Source: Candidatus Multivoradales bacterium (GTDB taxonomy: Bacteria; Acidobacteriota; Thermoanaerobaculia; Multivoradales; JAHEKO01). Taken from it: 64,000 nucleotides of DNA. The translations under genes were made by a program, and so were the position numbers. This document shows positions 17,721 to 27,229 of this stretch, piece by piece. The notes beneath the pieces are model-generated. The model had not been told where the DNA came from. It did not search any database and worked only from the letters and a program-made list of their open reading frames with translations. Each line of letters starts with the position of its first letter. Position 1 is the first letter of the stretch. The stretch is from NCBI GenBank assembly GCA_965248055.1, contig CBDFIJ010000004.1, positions 2,016,001 through 2,080,000 of the forward strand, written 5' to 3'.

Positions 17721-18647
17721 ACGGCGCAGAGTCGGGTCAAGGTCTGGGTCGCGGAACTGAAAGCCAGCGGCTTGCAAAGCGCGCGGAGCAGCTTTGATGC
17801 TGGATAGCAGCATCTCGTCGGCCATTTCGCCAAACGCCAATCGCGCGGCGAAGGTCGGCAAGGGAAGAAACGCCGGTCGGCCTAGGGCTTTTGCCAGCGA
17901 GCGGGTGAACTGACGGTTGGTCACCGGATTCGGTGCCACTACGTTGTAAACCCTTGCGGGCTCGGCGGTGGTGGCGGCAAAGACCGTGGCCTTGGCGGCA
18001 TCATCCAAGCTAACCCACGAGAAGACCTGATGACCGTCACCCACTACGCCGCCAAAACCAAAGCGAAATGGCGGCAACATCTTGGCTAGCGCACCCCCCT
18101 TGGGCGACAAGATGACGCCAAAGCGCAGTCGTACCACTCGTTCGACCAAATCCTCGGCGGACCGCGCAGCGTCCTCCCATTGATGGCAGACCGCGGCCAG
18201 GAAACCAGCCCCCGGCGGCGAGGTTTCATCCATCGGCAACGCTCCTTGCGAGCCGTAGTAGCCGATAGCCGAGGCGCACACTAACCGCATCGGTGGGCTG
18301 GGCATCGCACGCAGTGATTTGATCAGCTTGCGCGTTCCCTCGACCCTGCTCGCCAAGATGGAGTTTTTCCGTTTTTGTGTCCAGCGGCGGGAAATATTTT
18401 CACCGGCGAGGTGGATGACGACATCGAGTGATGGCACCGACTCCGGTTTGAGGATCCCCTTGGCTGGATCCCAGGCGATTTCGTGGCTTCCTTTGGCCTT
18501 GCGACGCACTAGCGCCACGACCTCGTGACCCAAGTCGCCGAGTCGATCGACCACTGCTGACCCGATCAACCCGGAAGCGCCACTGACGGCGATGCGCATA
18601 CGCCGATCCAAGATCGTCGCTGGAGCTTCGCGAATGGGTACTGTCAT
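17712..18647 (-). CDS. TIGR01777 family epimerase/oxidoreductase (YfcH-like)
   Basis: GASGLIG, HLAGENI..RWT, ASAIGYYG, LRFGVILS..GGAL. Confidence 0.92.
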   Translation of the reverse strand: MTVPIREAPATILDRRMRIAVSGASGLIGSAVVDRLGDLGHEVVALVRRKAKGSHEIAWDPAKGILKPESVPSLDVVIHLAGENISRRWTQKRKNSILASRVEGTRKLIKSLRAMPSPPMRLVCASAIGYYGSQGALPMDETSPPGAGFLAAVCHQWEDAARSAEDLVERVVRLRFGVILSPKGGALAKMLPPFRFGFGGVVGDGHQVFSWVSLDDAAKATVFAATTAEPARVYNVVAPNPVTNRQFTRSLAKALGRPAFLPLPTFAARLAFGEMADEMLLSSIKAAPRALQAAGFQFRDPDLDPTLRRLV

Positions 18648-18694
18648 GATTCCGAAGTATAAGCCCTCAGTACGAAGCGGAGCAGAAATGGTGA

Positions 18695-19855
18695 CTAGGG
18701 AGTGATCAGGAGGCTGAGGCGATAAAGAGCTGAGGAGAAAGGGTCAGACAGCGGAGTCACGGTAACCAGGATTTCATCTCCTTCAGGAGTCCAGGCGGCG
18801 GGGCCGACGTGGACAGCTTCCCCAAGATAGTGAGTAGAGAGGGGATCGTTGAACCCGGTCAACGGTGCGAGAAGATCACCCGCAACGTTGGCAACCCAAA
18901 GTTCGGTCCGAGGCAGGAAAGAGGGGGTCTCTCTTTCCAGAGGAGCGAAAGCGGGGAAACCGTCGGTGGTGGCAAAAACAGCGATGTCTTCGGTCGGAGA
19001 AAACGCCAAATACCCATCCCAGGCGGTTGCCGACTCGGTCCAGGGCGCCAGTTCTTTGCTGTCCAGGCGGTAGCGAAACAAATCCTGACCCTCGATCGTC
19101 GAGGGAGGTTGTCTAGAGGTGGCTGACAAGTCGATCGCTAGGTCATCGGGCGCGAACCCAGTGACCGCAACAAAACCCGGTCCTGTGGGTCGATGTTGGG
19201 TGACCTTGGCGAGTTTGGGTGTCGCTCGCGCGAAGCGAAAGCGCCCAACTTGCAATACCCATGACCCCCACACCGATCCAGCAGCGGAGGCTTCCCGCTG
19301 CGTCCAAGCCAGGTGTCCTCCTTCGTGGGAAAACGCAAAGGTGTGAACCGGAGATCCGCCGCGATTGGCGGTATTGGTGAGATTCCAAAATCGTCTGCCA
19401 TCTGCTGACGCCAACCATAGGTCGCTGCCTCGATTGCGACCGGGGATCGAGAGGAAAGGCGTGGGTCGAAAATCACTATTGGCAGTGCGTCGTCGATTGG
19501 ACTCCAAGGGTTTCTCAACCAGGAAGGCGATCAATTCGCCCGAAGGATGCCATTTGGCTGCGCCGGTGTGTTGGCGTTGGAAGTCTGGGCTGTCACAGGT
19601 CAAGCATCGTTCAAAGGTACCGTCGCGGCGCATGGTCCAAATGCGCTGGAAACCGTCGTGGCTGGGACGTTCAAACAATAGCCGGTCCCCTTGCACGGAA
19701 AACTGCGCACGAGCCCCAGATTCTTGTACCAGGGTGACCTGTTGTACCGAGATTGACGGGGTGAGATCAGCGGGAACCTGAGCGAAACCAACCGAGCAGC
19801 AAAACAGCCCCACCCAAGACCACCAGCGTTGGCGAAAACCGACCCTGGAAGTCAT
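18695..19855 (-). CDS. Exported TolB/WD40-like beta-propeller protein
   Basis: Signal peptide; repeated FS/WxPxG blades (WHPSGELIAF, FSHEGGHLAW, WTPEGDEI). Confidence 0.7.
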   Translation of the reverse strand: MTSRVGFRQRWWSWVGLFCCSVGFAQVPADLTPSISVQQVTLVQESGARAQFSVQGDRLLFERPSHDGFQRIWTMRRDGTFERCLTCDSPDFQRQHTGAAKWHPSGELIAFLVEKPLESNRRRTANSDFRPTPFLSIPGRNRGSDLWLASADGRRFWNLTNTANRGGSPVHTFAFSHEGGHLAWTQREASAAGSVWGSWVLQVGRFRFARATPKLAKVTQHRPTGPGFVAVTGFAPDDLAIDLSATSRQPPSTIEGQDLFRYRLDSKELAPWTESATAWDGYLAFSPTEDIAVFATTDGFPAFAPLERETPSFLPRTELWVANVAGDLLAPLTGFNDPLSTHYLGEAVHVGPAAWTPEGDEILVTVTPLSDPFSSALYRLSLLITP

Positions 19856-19866
19856 CTGGCGCACGA

Positions 19867-21288
19867 TTATTCGACTCTTTCGACCCACACCAAGTTGGTT
19901 GTCCCTTCGACGCCAAAGGGTACACCTGCAGTGATCACAATGCGATCACCAACCTGACCCAGGCCGTAGCGGCGGGCGCGCTCGGTCGCCACCTGCACCA
20001 TTTGTTCTGAGGAACTGACCACGTCTGCGAGTTCGGTTCTGACGCCGAAAGCCAAGGCCAAACTGTGGCGCACTTTGGGTACTGGTGTGAGTGCGACGAT
20101 CGGTCGATCGGGGCGGCTGCGCGCCACCCGCCAAGCTGAGGCACCGCTGGCGGTGAACACTAAGATCGCGGTTGCGGAAACCGTTTCGGCAATTTCACAC
20201 GCAGCCCGAGCGATCGCATCCCGAGTGGTCACCGTCGGTTCTCGATTGAGAGAACTGGCTCGCTCGAGAAACTCTTCTGAGGCTTCCACGTTTTCCGCCA
20301 CCAGCCGCATCATTTCCACCGCCTGAACTGGAAATTTCCCTACTGCGGTCTCCGCAGAGAGCATCACCGCGTCGCTGCCGTCGAGGATTGCGTTGGCGAC
20401 ATCGGAGGTTTCCGCCCGCGTGGGCTGTCGGTGACCGATCATGGATTCGAGCATCTGGGTCGCCGTGACCACCGGTTTGCCTGTGGCGTGGGTTCTGGCG
20501 ATCAGACGCTTTTGAATTAACGGCACCTGTTGCGGCGGTAGTTCAACCCCAAGGTCTCCGCGCGCGACCATGATGCCGTCGGCTTCGTTCAAGATCTCGC
20601 TGAACGACTTGACCGCGGCCGGAGTTTCAATTTTGGCCATCAGCTTGGCGCCGGAAGAATTGGAGCGCAGGAGTTCTCGTGTTGCCTCAAGATCTTCAGC
20701 GCTGCGGACAAAACTGTGCGCCACCCAATCGACATCCAGTTCCGCCGCCAAGGCGATCGCCAGGCGATCTTTCTCGGTCAGTGAGGGTAGCTTGAGAGAT
20801 ACCCCAGGGGCGCTCAAGCCTTTGCGCGAAGAGAGCCAGCCACCAGCCTCGACTTCAGCGACCAGTCGACCTTTTTGTTGCTCAACCACGCGAAGCCGAA
20901 CTTCTCCGTCGTTAAGAAGCAGCTCTTGTCCTTTGACGACCGCATCGATCAAGGATGGATGAGAAAGAGAAACGCCGGTTTTTGATCCAAGCACCGGTTC
21001 CGCGTAGAGGTCGAAAGAGTCGCCCGGGGTCAGCTCTACCCCGTCCTGTTCAAAATCTCCGATGCGCACTTTCGGGCCTGGGAGATCCAGTAGGAGCGCC
21101 AGGTTCGCTCCGGTCGAGTTGCGCAACTTGGCAACATTGGCGGCCGCCTCCCGGTGCTGGTTTTCGGTGCCATGGCTGTAGTTGAGCCGTACTACGTCGA
21201 GACCCGCGTCGACCATCTGGCGCAATACCGTGAGGTCTTGCGATGCCGGGCCGACAGTGGCGACGATTTTGGTGCGTTTCTTAGACAT
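19867..21288 (-). CDS. pyk: Pyruvate kinase
   Basis: TKIVATVGPAS, RLNYSHG, AKIE, MVARGDLGVE, ATQMLESM. Confidence 0.97.
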   Translation of the reverse strand: MSKKRTKIVATVGPASQDLTVLRQMVDAGLDVVRLNYSHGTENQHREAAANVAKLRNSTGANLALLLDLPGPKVRIGDFEQDGVELTPGDSFDLYAEPVLGSKTGVSLSHPSLIDAVVKGQELLLNDGEVRLRVVEQQKGRLVAEVEAGGWLSSRKGLSAPGVSLKLPSLTEKDRLAIALAAELDVDWVAHSFVRSAEDLEATRELLRSNSSGAKLMAKIETPAAVKSFSEILNEADGIMVARGDLGVELPPQQVPLIQKRLIARTHATGKPVVTATQMLESMIGHRQPTRAETSDVANAILDGSDAVMLSAETAVGKFPVQAVEMMRLVAENVEASEEFLERASSLNREPTVTTRDAIARAACEIAETVSATAILVFTASGASAWRVARSRPDRPIVALTPVPKVRHSLALAFGVRTELADVVSSSEQMVQVATERARRYGLGQVGDRIVITAGVPFGVEGTTNLVWVERVE

Positions 21289-21399
21289 GTCTAGCTTTCG
21301 TTATCGGGCTTTCGTTTCTTTGTTCCACCCTACGCTATTGGGCGAAACCAAAGCGCAGCGCGCTGTCGAGACTACGGCATAGCAGCCGTGTGACAGGCA

Positions 21400-21936
21400 C
21401 TAATCAGCCTTTGGGGAGTAGATACCGACGAACAGATCGTTCCACGTCTCTCCACCATCGCGAGAAGCCCGCCAGTGCTGACGAACGGTACTGTCTTCCA
21501 ACGGTGACCAGCGAATCTCATGATTGACCGTCGAGCCATCGGCACCTGGCCGCTCTCCGGAGAGCACCATATCCTCGCCGTCCAACCCACCGACTAAATC
21601 CAGTCGCCCGCCGTTTGCGTCAACCCAAGTCTGCCGCCACTCACCGCCACGAGCATCATAGGTATTGAAACTCTTACCGGTCGAACCCGCCGCCCCTTGC
21701 CATTGTTCCAGCAACACGCAGCCATTGAGAATCGGTTGGATCGAGTTTTCGCCGGCGACTGTGCCGTCTGGTTGAGTCACTGCCCATTCGCCGACCCAGA
21801 AATCGAAATGACGGTATTCATCTGCGGAGCAGGGCGGAGGAGTGGTATCGCTCGGCTGAGCTGCAGCGGTGGATTCCTGCGCCAATGCGACGACAAGAAC
21901 GACGCATAGGGCGAAGGCTAGTAGAAGGTTTTTCAT
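21400..21936 (-). CDS. Secreted conserved hypothetical beta-barrel protein
   Basis: AGGAGA SD; signal peptide; C...EYR.FDFWVGEW, W.Q.WVD, S.DGG.TW. Confidence 0.75.
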   Translation of the reverse strand: MKNLLLAFALCVVLVVALAQESTAAAQPSDTTPPPCSADEYRHFDFWVGEWAVTQPDGTVAGENSIQPILNGCVLLEQWQGAAGSTGKSFNTYDARGGEWRQTWVDANGGRLDLVGGLDGEDMVLSGERPGADGSTVNHEIRWSPLEDSTVRQHWRASRDGGETWNDLFVGIYSPKAD

Positions 21937-22108
21937 AGGGTGTCTCCTGAATGATGACCAGAGATGCTGATTTCCTAATGACAAGGTTTTTGATGATATG
22001 CGCCCAACGACACAAGATCCCAGGCAGACGTGCCAACAGCCAACTACAATATCCTCAAGGAGGCTCTACCAACAGGCGGCGAGCCCAACTCTGGGGGAAT
22101 ACGCGGCA

Positions 22109-22516
22109 ATGACAACGATCAGTTTTGTCACTTTGGGTGTTGGCGACATCGACGCCACCGTTGAGTTTTATTGCACTGTTTTTGATCTCGCTCCTCCAGA
22201 GGACCGTGCTGGCTTCGTGGTACTGGAAACCGGTGCCACCAAACTGGGGTTCTATCCCTGGGACGGCTTGGCTGAGGACGCTGGTCTTGATCCTATGAAA
22301 GGGGAAGGGTTTGCTGGTGTCTCGCTTTGCCACAACGTCATAACTCGAAATCAGGTTGACACGGTTTGGAAGCGAGCACTGCAATGTGGAGGAGCTGCGA
22401 TCAAGACCCCGGAAAAGACTTCCTGGGGCGGCTATGCGGGGTATTTCGCAGATCTAGATGGCCATCTGTGGGAAGTGGTGTGGAATCCGCACTGGGACCC
22501 GGTGGAGTGGGGCTAA
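22109..22516 (+). CDS. VOC/glyoxalase family protein
   Basis: ISFVTLGV.D, WGGY.GYFADLDGHLWEV. Confidence 0.88.
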   Translation: MTTISFVTLGVGDIDATVEFYCTVFDLAPPEDRAGFVVLETGATKLGFYPWDGLAEDAGLDPMKGEGFAGVSLCHNVITRNQVDTVWKRALQCGGAAIKTPEKTSWGGYAGYFADLDGHLWEVVWNPHWDPVEWG

Positions 22517-22960
22517 GTGGCAGCAAACGAATCTTGGATCATGTTGCTCTTGGTGTTGGGCTGGTTTGTGATTTGGCTAACGGTTTGTTGGCTGATTGGC
22601 TCAACTTGGTGCTGGTTGGCACAGCAGTATCTGCCGGTCGATGATTTCCAAGGTGAGGAATCGCGGTTTCGCAATGGCAAGCTCAACTGGATCGGCTACG
22701 GCAATTGCCTGACGCTTATCGCTGGTTATCGGTATTTACCTCTAGCCGTCTTTTTTCCCTTTCGCTTTGGTCATCCCAGAGTCTCGATTCCATGGAGTGA
22801 GGTTCGCCTTCGAGCGCAAACTGGCCGTTGGCACTCTTGGGTCGCCCTGAGCTTGCAATAACAACCCGCCGTTACCTTGCGCGTCTTGAACCAAACAGGG
22901 AACGATCTGATTCAGTTGTCGGGAGGCAGACTTGATAACGTACCCCTGGAACAACGTTGA
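22517..22960 (+). pseudogene. Membrane protein gene probably interrupted by a nonsense codon (TAA 22859-22861)
   Basis: Frame continues open after the TAA for 32 codons to TGA 22958-60, just before the proC -10 box. Confidence 0.5.
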
Positions 22961-22978
22961 AGTCGATAGGATCGCTCG

Positions 22979-23797
22979 ATGAGCAAAGCAGATCGATTTG
23001 AATCCATTGCCATCATAGGCTGCGGCAAACTCGGCGGGATCTTGGTTCGGCGCTGGACGGACGATGGGTTGTATCAGCCGCAGCAGGTTCGCGCCACGGT
23101 GCGGCATCAAGCGCGAGCCGAGGCGCTGTCCCAAACCAATCAGTTTGCCGTGGGCACCGACAATGCGGCGGCGGTCGCTGACGCGGCAACGGTGGTTCTG
23201 TGCGTCAAGCCTCATGTCGTCCCAGAAGTTGCCGCGGAGCTGCGTTCCGCCCTGAAGCCGGGGGCGCGGGTGATCTCAGTGGCGGCAGGGGTTACCACCC
23301 GTCAACTCGAGGAGATGCTCGGCGACCAAGTTCCTGTGATCCGGGCGATGCCCAACACGCCCGCCGCAGTCGGTGAGGCGATGACCGCTCTATGTGCCGG
23401 AGCAAAGGCTACCGACGGTGACGTTGAGCACGCACGGGCGCTGTTCGATGCGCTGGGCCGCACGGTGGTTTTGGATGAACATCACTTCGATGCTGTGACC
23501 GGCCTTTCAGCTAGCGGCCCGGCGTTTATCTACGTGATTTTGGAGTCCTTGGCCGAAGCCGGAGTCAAAGTGGGCCTACCGCGTGACACCGCGACCTTGC
23601 TGGCAGCCCAAACTGCGTTGGGCGCTGCGCGCACAGTATTGGAAACGGGCAGTCATCCAGCGCTATTGAAGGATGAGGTCACGACCCCAGCGGGTTGTAC
23701 CGTGGATGGTTTGATGGAATTGGAAGAGGGTAAGTTGCGGGTCACGCTGATCAAAGCGGTGGTCAAAGCGACGCAACGCGCCGGACAGTTAGGTTAA
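22979..23797 (+). CDS. proC: Pyrroline-5-carboxylate reductase
   Basis: IIGCGKLG, VKP, RAMPNTP, TGLSASGPAF, VTTPAGCT. Confidence 0.95.
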   Translation: MSKADRFESIAIIGCGKLGGILVRRWTDDGLYQPQQVRATVRHQARAEALSQTNQFAVGTDNAAAVADAATVVLCVKPHVVPEVAAELRSALKPGARVISVAAGVTTRQLEEMLGDQVPVIRAMPNTPAAVGEAMTALCAGAKATDGDVEHARALFDALGRTVVLDEHHFDAVTGLSASGPAFIYVILESLAEAGVKVGLPRDTATLLAAQTALGAARTVLETGSHPALLKDEVTTPAGCTVDGLMELEEGKLRVTLIKAVVKATQRAGQLG

Positions 23798-23875
23798 TCG
23801 TTTCCGTGATCGGAAGTGGTCGTGGCACAATTCCGTTTTGGACACCGGTGGCCCATTTTTAACAGGAGGAGTGGA

Positions 23876-24715
23876 ATGAGCAGGAAAATTCAGGCATCAC
23901 AATTGACAAAGACACTATTGATTGGCGCCGTGACGGTATTCGCCGCGGGTTTGTTGGCTGCCGAAGCCGTGGTCGAGGTGTCCCAGGGGTCGGTGGCCCG
24001 CTGGGCAGGCAGCGATTGCAGCCAATGCTCGATGAACGGGCGAAGCTGGGATGCAGTTGAAGGCACTTGCTACTACCCGGTGGACATGGCGCGAAAACCC
24101 GACCACTACCAAATCGGCCGGGCGTGTTCCGGCACCTTCGAAACCGGATGGTTGGTGGTCACCGAGAAAGAGTGCAAACAAGAAGATATCGAGTTTCCCG
24201 ACCAGAGCTATGTAGATATTTCTGGGCCCAACCTCGGACGCCACCACGGTGAGCAGTCGCAGGTTAAGCCTCTCTTTCGCCGCCGAGAAGGCAACCCACG
24301 GTTCACCTTGCCGCTGGCCAAGCCGGCTGATTCGTTGCCAGCGAGCGATAATTTTGGTGTTTGCCGTACTTTCAACGGCGAGAAAAAAAATCGCCACACC
24401 GGGGCCGACTACGCCATTTCCGGCACCGCACGCGCGACCGCACCCGGACGAGTAGTCCTTGCTGCCGACCATTTCTTTGCCGGTAATTCGGTGTATATCG
24501 ACCATGGCAACGGCTTGATCTCAATGACCTTTCACTTGAACGAAATTGCCGTTGAACAAGGCCAAGAAGTGAAGGCTGGCGACGCGCTGGGAGAGATCGG
24601 TTCGACCGGACGCTCAACCGGAATCCATCTCCACTTCGGCTTGCGCTGGCACGGCGAGCGCATCGACCCAGACTTGCTGTTTGCCGACCCGTCGCAGTTG
24701 CCGACGGTGTCTTAA
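23876..24715 (+). CDS. M23 family metallopeptidase
   Basis: HTGAD (HxxxD) and STGIHLHF (HxH) motifs; AGGAGG SD. Confidence 0.9.
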   Translation: MSRKIQASQLTKTLLIGAVTVFAAGLLAAEAVVEVSQGSVARWAGSDCSQCSMNGRSWDAVEGTCYYPVDMARKPDHYQIGRACSGTFETGWLVVTEKECKQEDIEFPDQSYVDISGPNLGRHHGEQSQVKPLFRRREGNPRFTLPLAKPADSLPASDNFGVCRTFNGEKKNRHTGADYAISGTARATAPGRVVLAADHFFAGNSVYIDHGNGLISMTFHLNEIAVEQGQEVKAGDALGEIGSTGRSTGIHLHFGLRWHGERIDPDLLFADPSQLPTVS

Positions 24716-24804
24716 GTAGCGCGCTACCCTGAACGCTCTAGTCGCAAATCGCATTAGCGCCCAAAGCTTCTGTTGGCAGGTGCGCTGGCGTCGTTTCTCG
24801 TGCC

Positions 24805-24875
24805 TTGAACAGGTTCAAAAATCCTTGACATCTTGCTCAGAGGCTCGTAAGGTCACGCCTGTTGAACGTGTTCAA
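24805..24875 (+). promoter_or_regulatory. Sigma70 promoter bracketed by two palindromic operators TTGAAC-NN-GTTCAA (probable TetR sites)
   Basis: Operators at 24805-18 and 24862-75; TTGACA(24825-30)-17 bp-TAAGGT(24848-53). Confidence 0.85.
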
Positions 24876-24892
24876 AACACAAAGGAGCAATC

Positions 24893-25288
24893 ATGAATAT
24901 TGTCGTTTCAACTTATGTAACCTACTTGATCATCAGCGTTCTACTGACCATGTGGGTGGCCAAGACTCTTCACAAGAGCGGCCGCGTTTTCTTGGTCGAT
25001 GTTTTTCGTCGAGAGGATCTGGCAGACTCGGTCAATCATCTACTGGTTGTGGGCTTTTATTTGGTCAACCTCGGCTACGTGTCTCTAGCGCTCAAGATGA
25101 AGGGAGAGATTGAATCGCTACGAATCGGTATCGAGGCTTTGTCGTGGAAGGTCGGCGGCGTCTTGGTAGTCCTCGGGTTGATGCATTTCTTCAACCTCTA
25201 TGTCTTCAGCAAGCTGAGAAAACGCTCACTTTTGCACCTCGATCCGCCACCAGTCGATCCCGATCATATCTTGGAGCCTAGCTACTAG
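24893..25288 (+). CDS. Conserved 3-TM membrane protein
   Basis: LADSVNHLLVVGFYLVNLGY, LG.MHFFN; AAGGAG SD. Confidence 0.8.
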   Translation: MNIVVSTYVTYLIISVLLTMWVAKTLHKSGRVFLVDVFRREDLADSVNHLLVVGFYLVNLGYVSLALKMKGEIESLRIGIEALSWKVGGVLVVLGLMHFFNLYVFSKLRKRSLLHLDPPPVDPDHILEPSY

Positions 25289-26068
25289 GGAGTGTTCACA
25301 CTAGTTGATGTATACTCGGTGGATGGAAATAACAATAGAACAATTTGCACGAATCGAGCCTTTTCTTCCACGACAGCGTGGCAATGTATCGATAGATAAC
25401 CTCCAGGTGCTCAACGCGACACTTTACGTTGTAGAACATGGCTGTAAGTGGCGCGGGCTGCCGAAGCGTTTTGGTAATTGGCATACCGTCTATACGCGTA
25501 TGAACCGTTGGGCAAAGAAAGGCGTGCTGGATCGAGTGTTTAGTGAACTGCAACGCCAGCAAGTCATTCAGGTCCGTGTTGAGGCGGTTTCACTCGATAG
25601 CACAGCGGTTAAGGTACACCCTGATGGAACGGGCGCTCTAAAAAAAACGGTCCACAGGCGATCGGCAAGTCGCGGGGAGGATGGACTACAAAGATTCATA
25701 TGGTTGCCGCAGATGCTCGGACCGCAGTGAATTTTTCTCTGTCTCCTGGCAATGCTGCTGACGCGCCAGAGGGTCGTAAGCTGTTGAGGAAGACAACTCT
25801 ATCGGCCAAGTACATGATCATGGACCGAGCGTATGAAGGTAATGAAACACGCCAACTCGTGCTCGATCTTGGTCTCACACCTGTTGTGCCGCCGAAAAGC
25901 AATCGATTACAACCTTGGCTATACGACCGAGAAATGTACAAGAAGCGCAATGAAGTAGAGCGCTTGTTTCGTCGGATATTCTCACGCTTCGACAAATTGG
26001 ACATAATCTTCACATTCTTTATACACTTCGCACTCATTGTCGATGCTATATCTAGTGTTAACACACCC
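25288..26068 (+). mobile_element. IS5 family (IS427-like) insertion sequence
   Basis: IRL GGGAGTGTTCACACTAG 25288-304; IRR 26052-68, 15/17 match; TA duplication within CTAG on both sides. Confidence 0.93.
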
Positions 26069-26071
26069 TAG
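25323..26071 (+). CDS. IS5 transposase, two ORFs joined by -1 frameshift; probably inactive
   Basis: GCKWRGLP..FG.W.TVY, SLDST; A8 run 25640-47 leading to KKNGPQAIGKSRGG.TTKIH; DRAY; 6 aa apparently missing after ERLFRR. Confidence 0.85.
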
Positions 26072-26075
26072 GTGA

Positions 26076-26438
26076 ATGCGGCAGATTACTGTCCTCTACG
26101 ATCAGGGGTGCAGCCTCTGTTGCCGCGCCCGTAACTGGCTGGAGCGGCAGACACAGTTTGTGCAACTAGTATTCGTTCCTGCTGGCAGTTATCAGGCCAA
26201 AATAAAGTTCCCGACGATCGATCACGAAGCAAGCAAGGTTGAACTGACGGTGATCGCTGACAGTGGCGAGGTTTACTATGATGCGAAGGCTTGGATCATT
26301 TGCCTGTGGGCACTTCGGGAGTACCGTACTGTTGCGCTTACCATGCGCACTCCTAACACCCAGTGGGCAGCCAAGAAACTTATCTACTCGATATCAAAAA
26401 ACAGACACCGTTTGGCCTTCTCACGGAACAGAAATTGA
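26076..26438 (+). CDS. DCC1-like (DUF393) thiol-disulfide oxidoreductase
   Basis: VLYDQGCSLC (DxxCxxC) N-terminal motif. Confidence 0.85.
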   Translation: MRQITVLYDQGCSLCCRARNWLERQTQFVQLVFVPAGSYQAKIKFPTIDHEASKVELTVIADSGEVYYDAKAWIICLWALREYRTVALTMRTPNTQWAAKKLIYSISKNRHRLAFSRNRN

Positions 26439-26467
26439 TCCAAGAACCTGAACTGGATGGAGCTGGC

Positions 26468-27178
26468 GTGAAACAAAAGAAACCAAAGTCCCACCGAACG
26501 CGCCTCCATATTCTTGAGACGGCTCTAAGGCTGTTTCGAGAACGTGGCTTTGAGGGAGCGACGATGCGGGCAATCGCAGCCGAAGCGGATGTCTCGCTGG
26601 GAAACGCGTATTACTACTTTAAATCCAAAGATCACTTGATCCACGCTTACTATGGCCGTTCGCATGTCGAACATCTAGCAGCTTGTGGCGAACTACTAAA
26701 CACCGAGACGGATTTCGAGAAGAGGTTGCTCGGCGTTCTGCGGAGCAAGATAGAGATCTCCGAGCCCTACCATCGGTTTGCTGCCCAGCTGTTCAAGACT
26801 GCAGCCGACCCATCCAGCCCACTAAGTCCGTTCAGCTCGGAATCGATGCCGGTTCGGTTGGAGGTCACTGAGTTGATGGAGAGAGTAGTGGAGGGCTCGA
26901 AGATTAAGCTCCCTCCCAAACTTGCTGAGGAGCTACCAGGGATGTTGTGGCTATATCTCATGGGGATTATTTTGTTTTGGATTCACGACAGCTCGAAGGA
27001 CTGTCGACGCACCTATCGGCTGCTCGAACGAACCACCAGTATTGTAGTCCGCTTGATCAAGTTGTCATCGCTGAAGATTATGCAGCCTCTAGTGCGAGGA
27101 TCTCTCGATTTGGTCAGCGAATTGAGAGAATTATCAGATATGCAACCCGAACCTAGCTTGCGCGAAGCTTCGAAGTGA
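26468..27178 (+). CDS. TetR family transcriptional regulator
   Basis: TR..IL..AL.LF.ERGF..ATMR.IA..A.VS.GNAYYYFKSK HTH. Confidence 0.92.
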   Translation: MKQKKPKSHRTRLHILETALRLFRERGFEGATMRAIAAEADVSLGNAYYYFKSKDHLIHAYYGRSHVEHLAACGELLNTETDFEKRLLGVLRSKIEISEPYHRFAAQLFKTAADPSSPLSPFSSESMPVRLEVTELMERVVEGSKIKLPPKLAEELPGMLWLYLMGIILFWIHDSSKDCRRTYRLLERTTSIVVRLIKLSSLKIMQPLVRGSLDLVSELRELSDMQPEPSLREASK

Positions 27179-27229
27179 AAGTCGCGATATAGATTCCGAC
27201 GTGCGATACAACGAAAGTGGAACGGGTAG

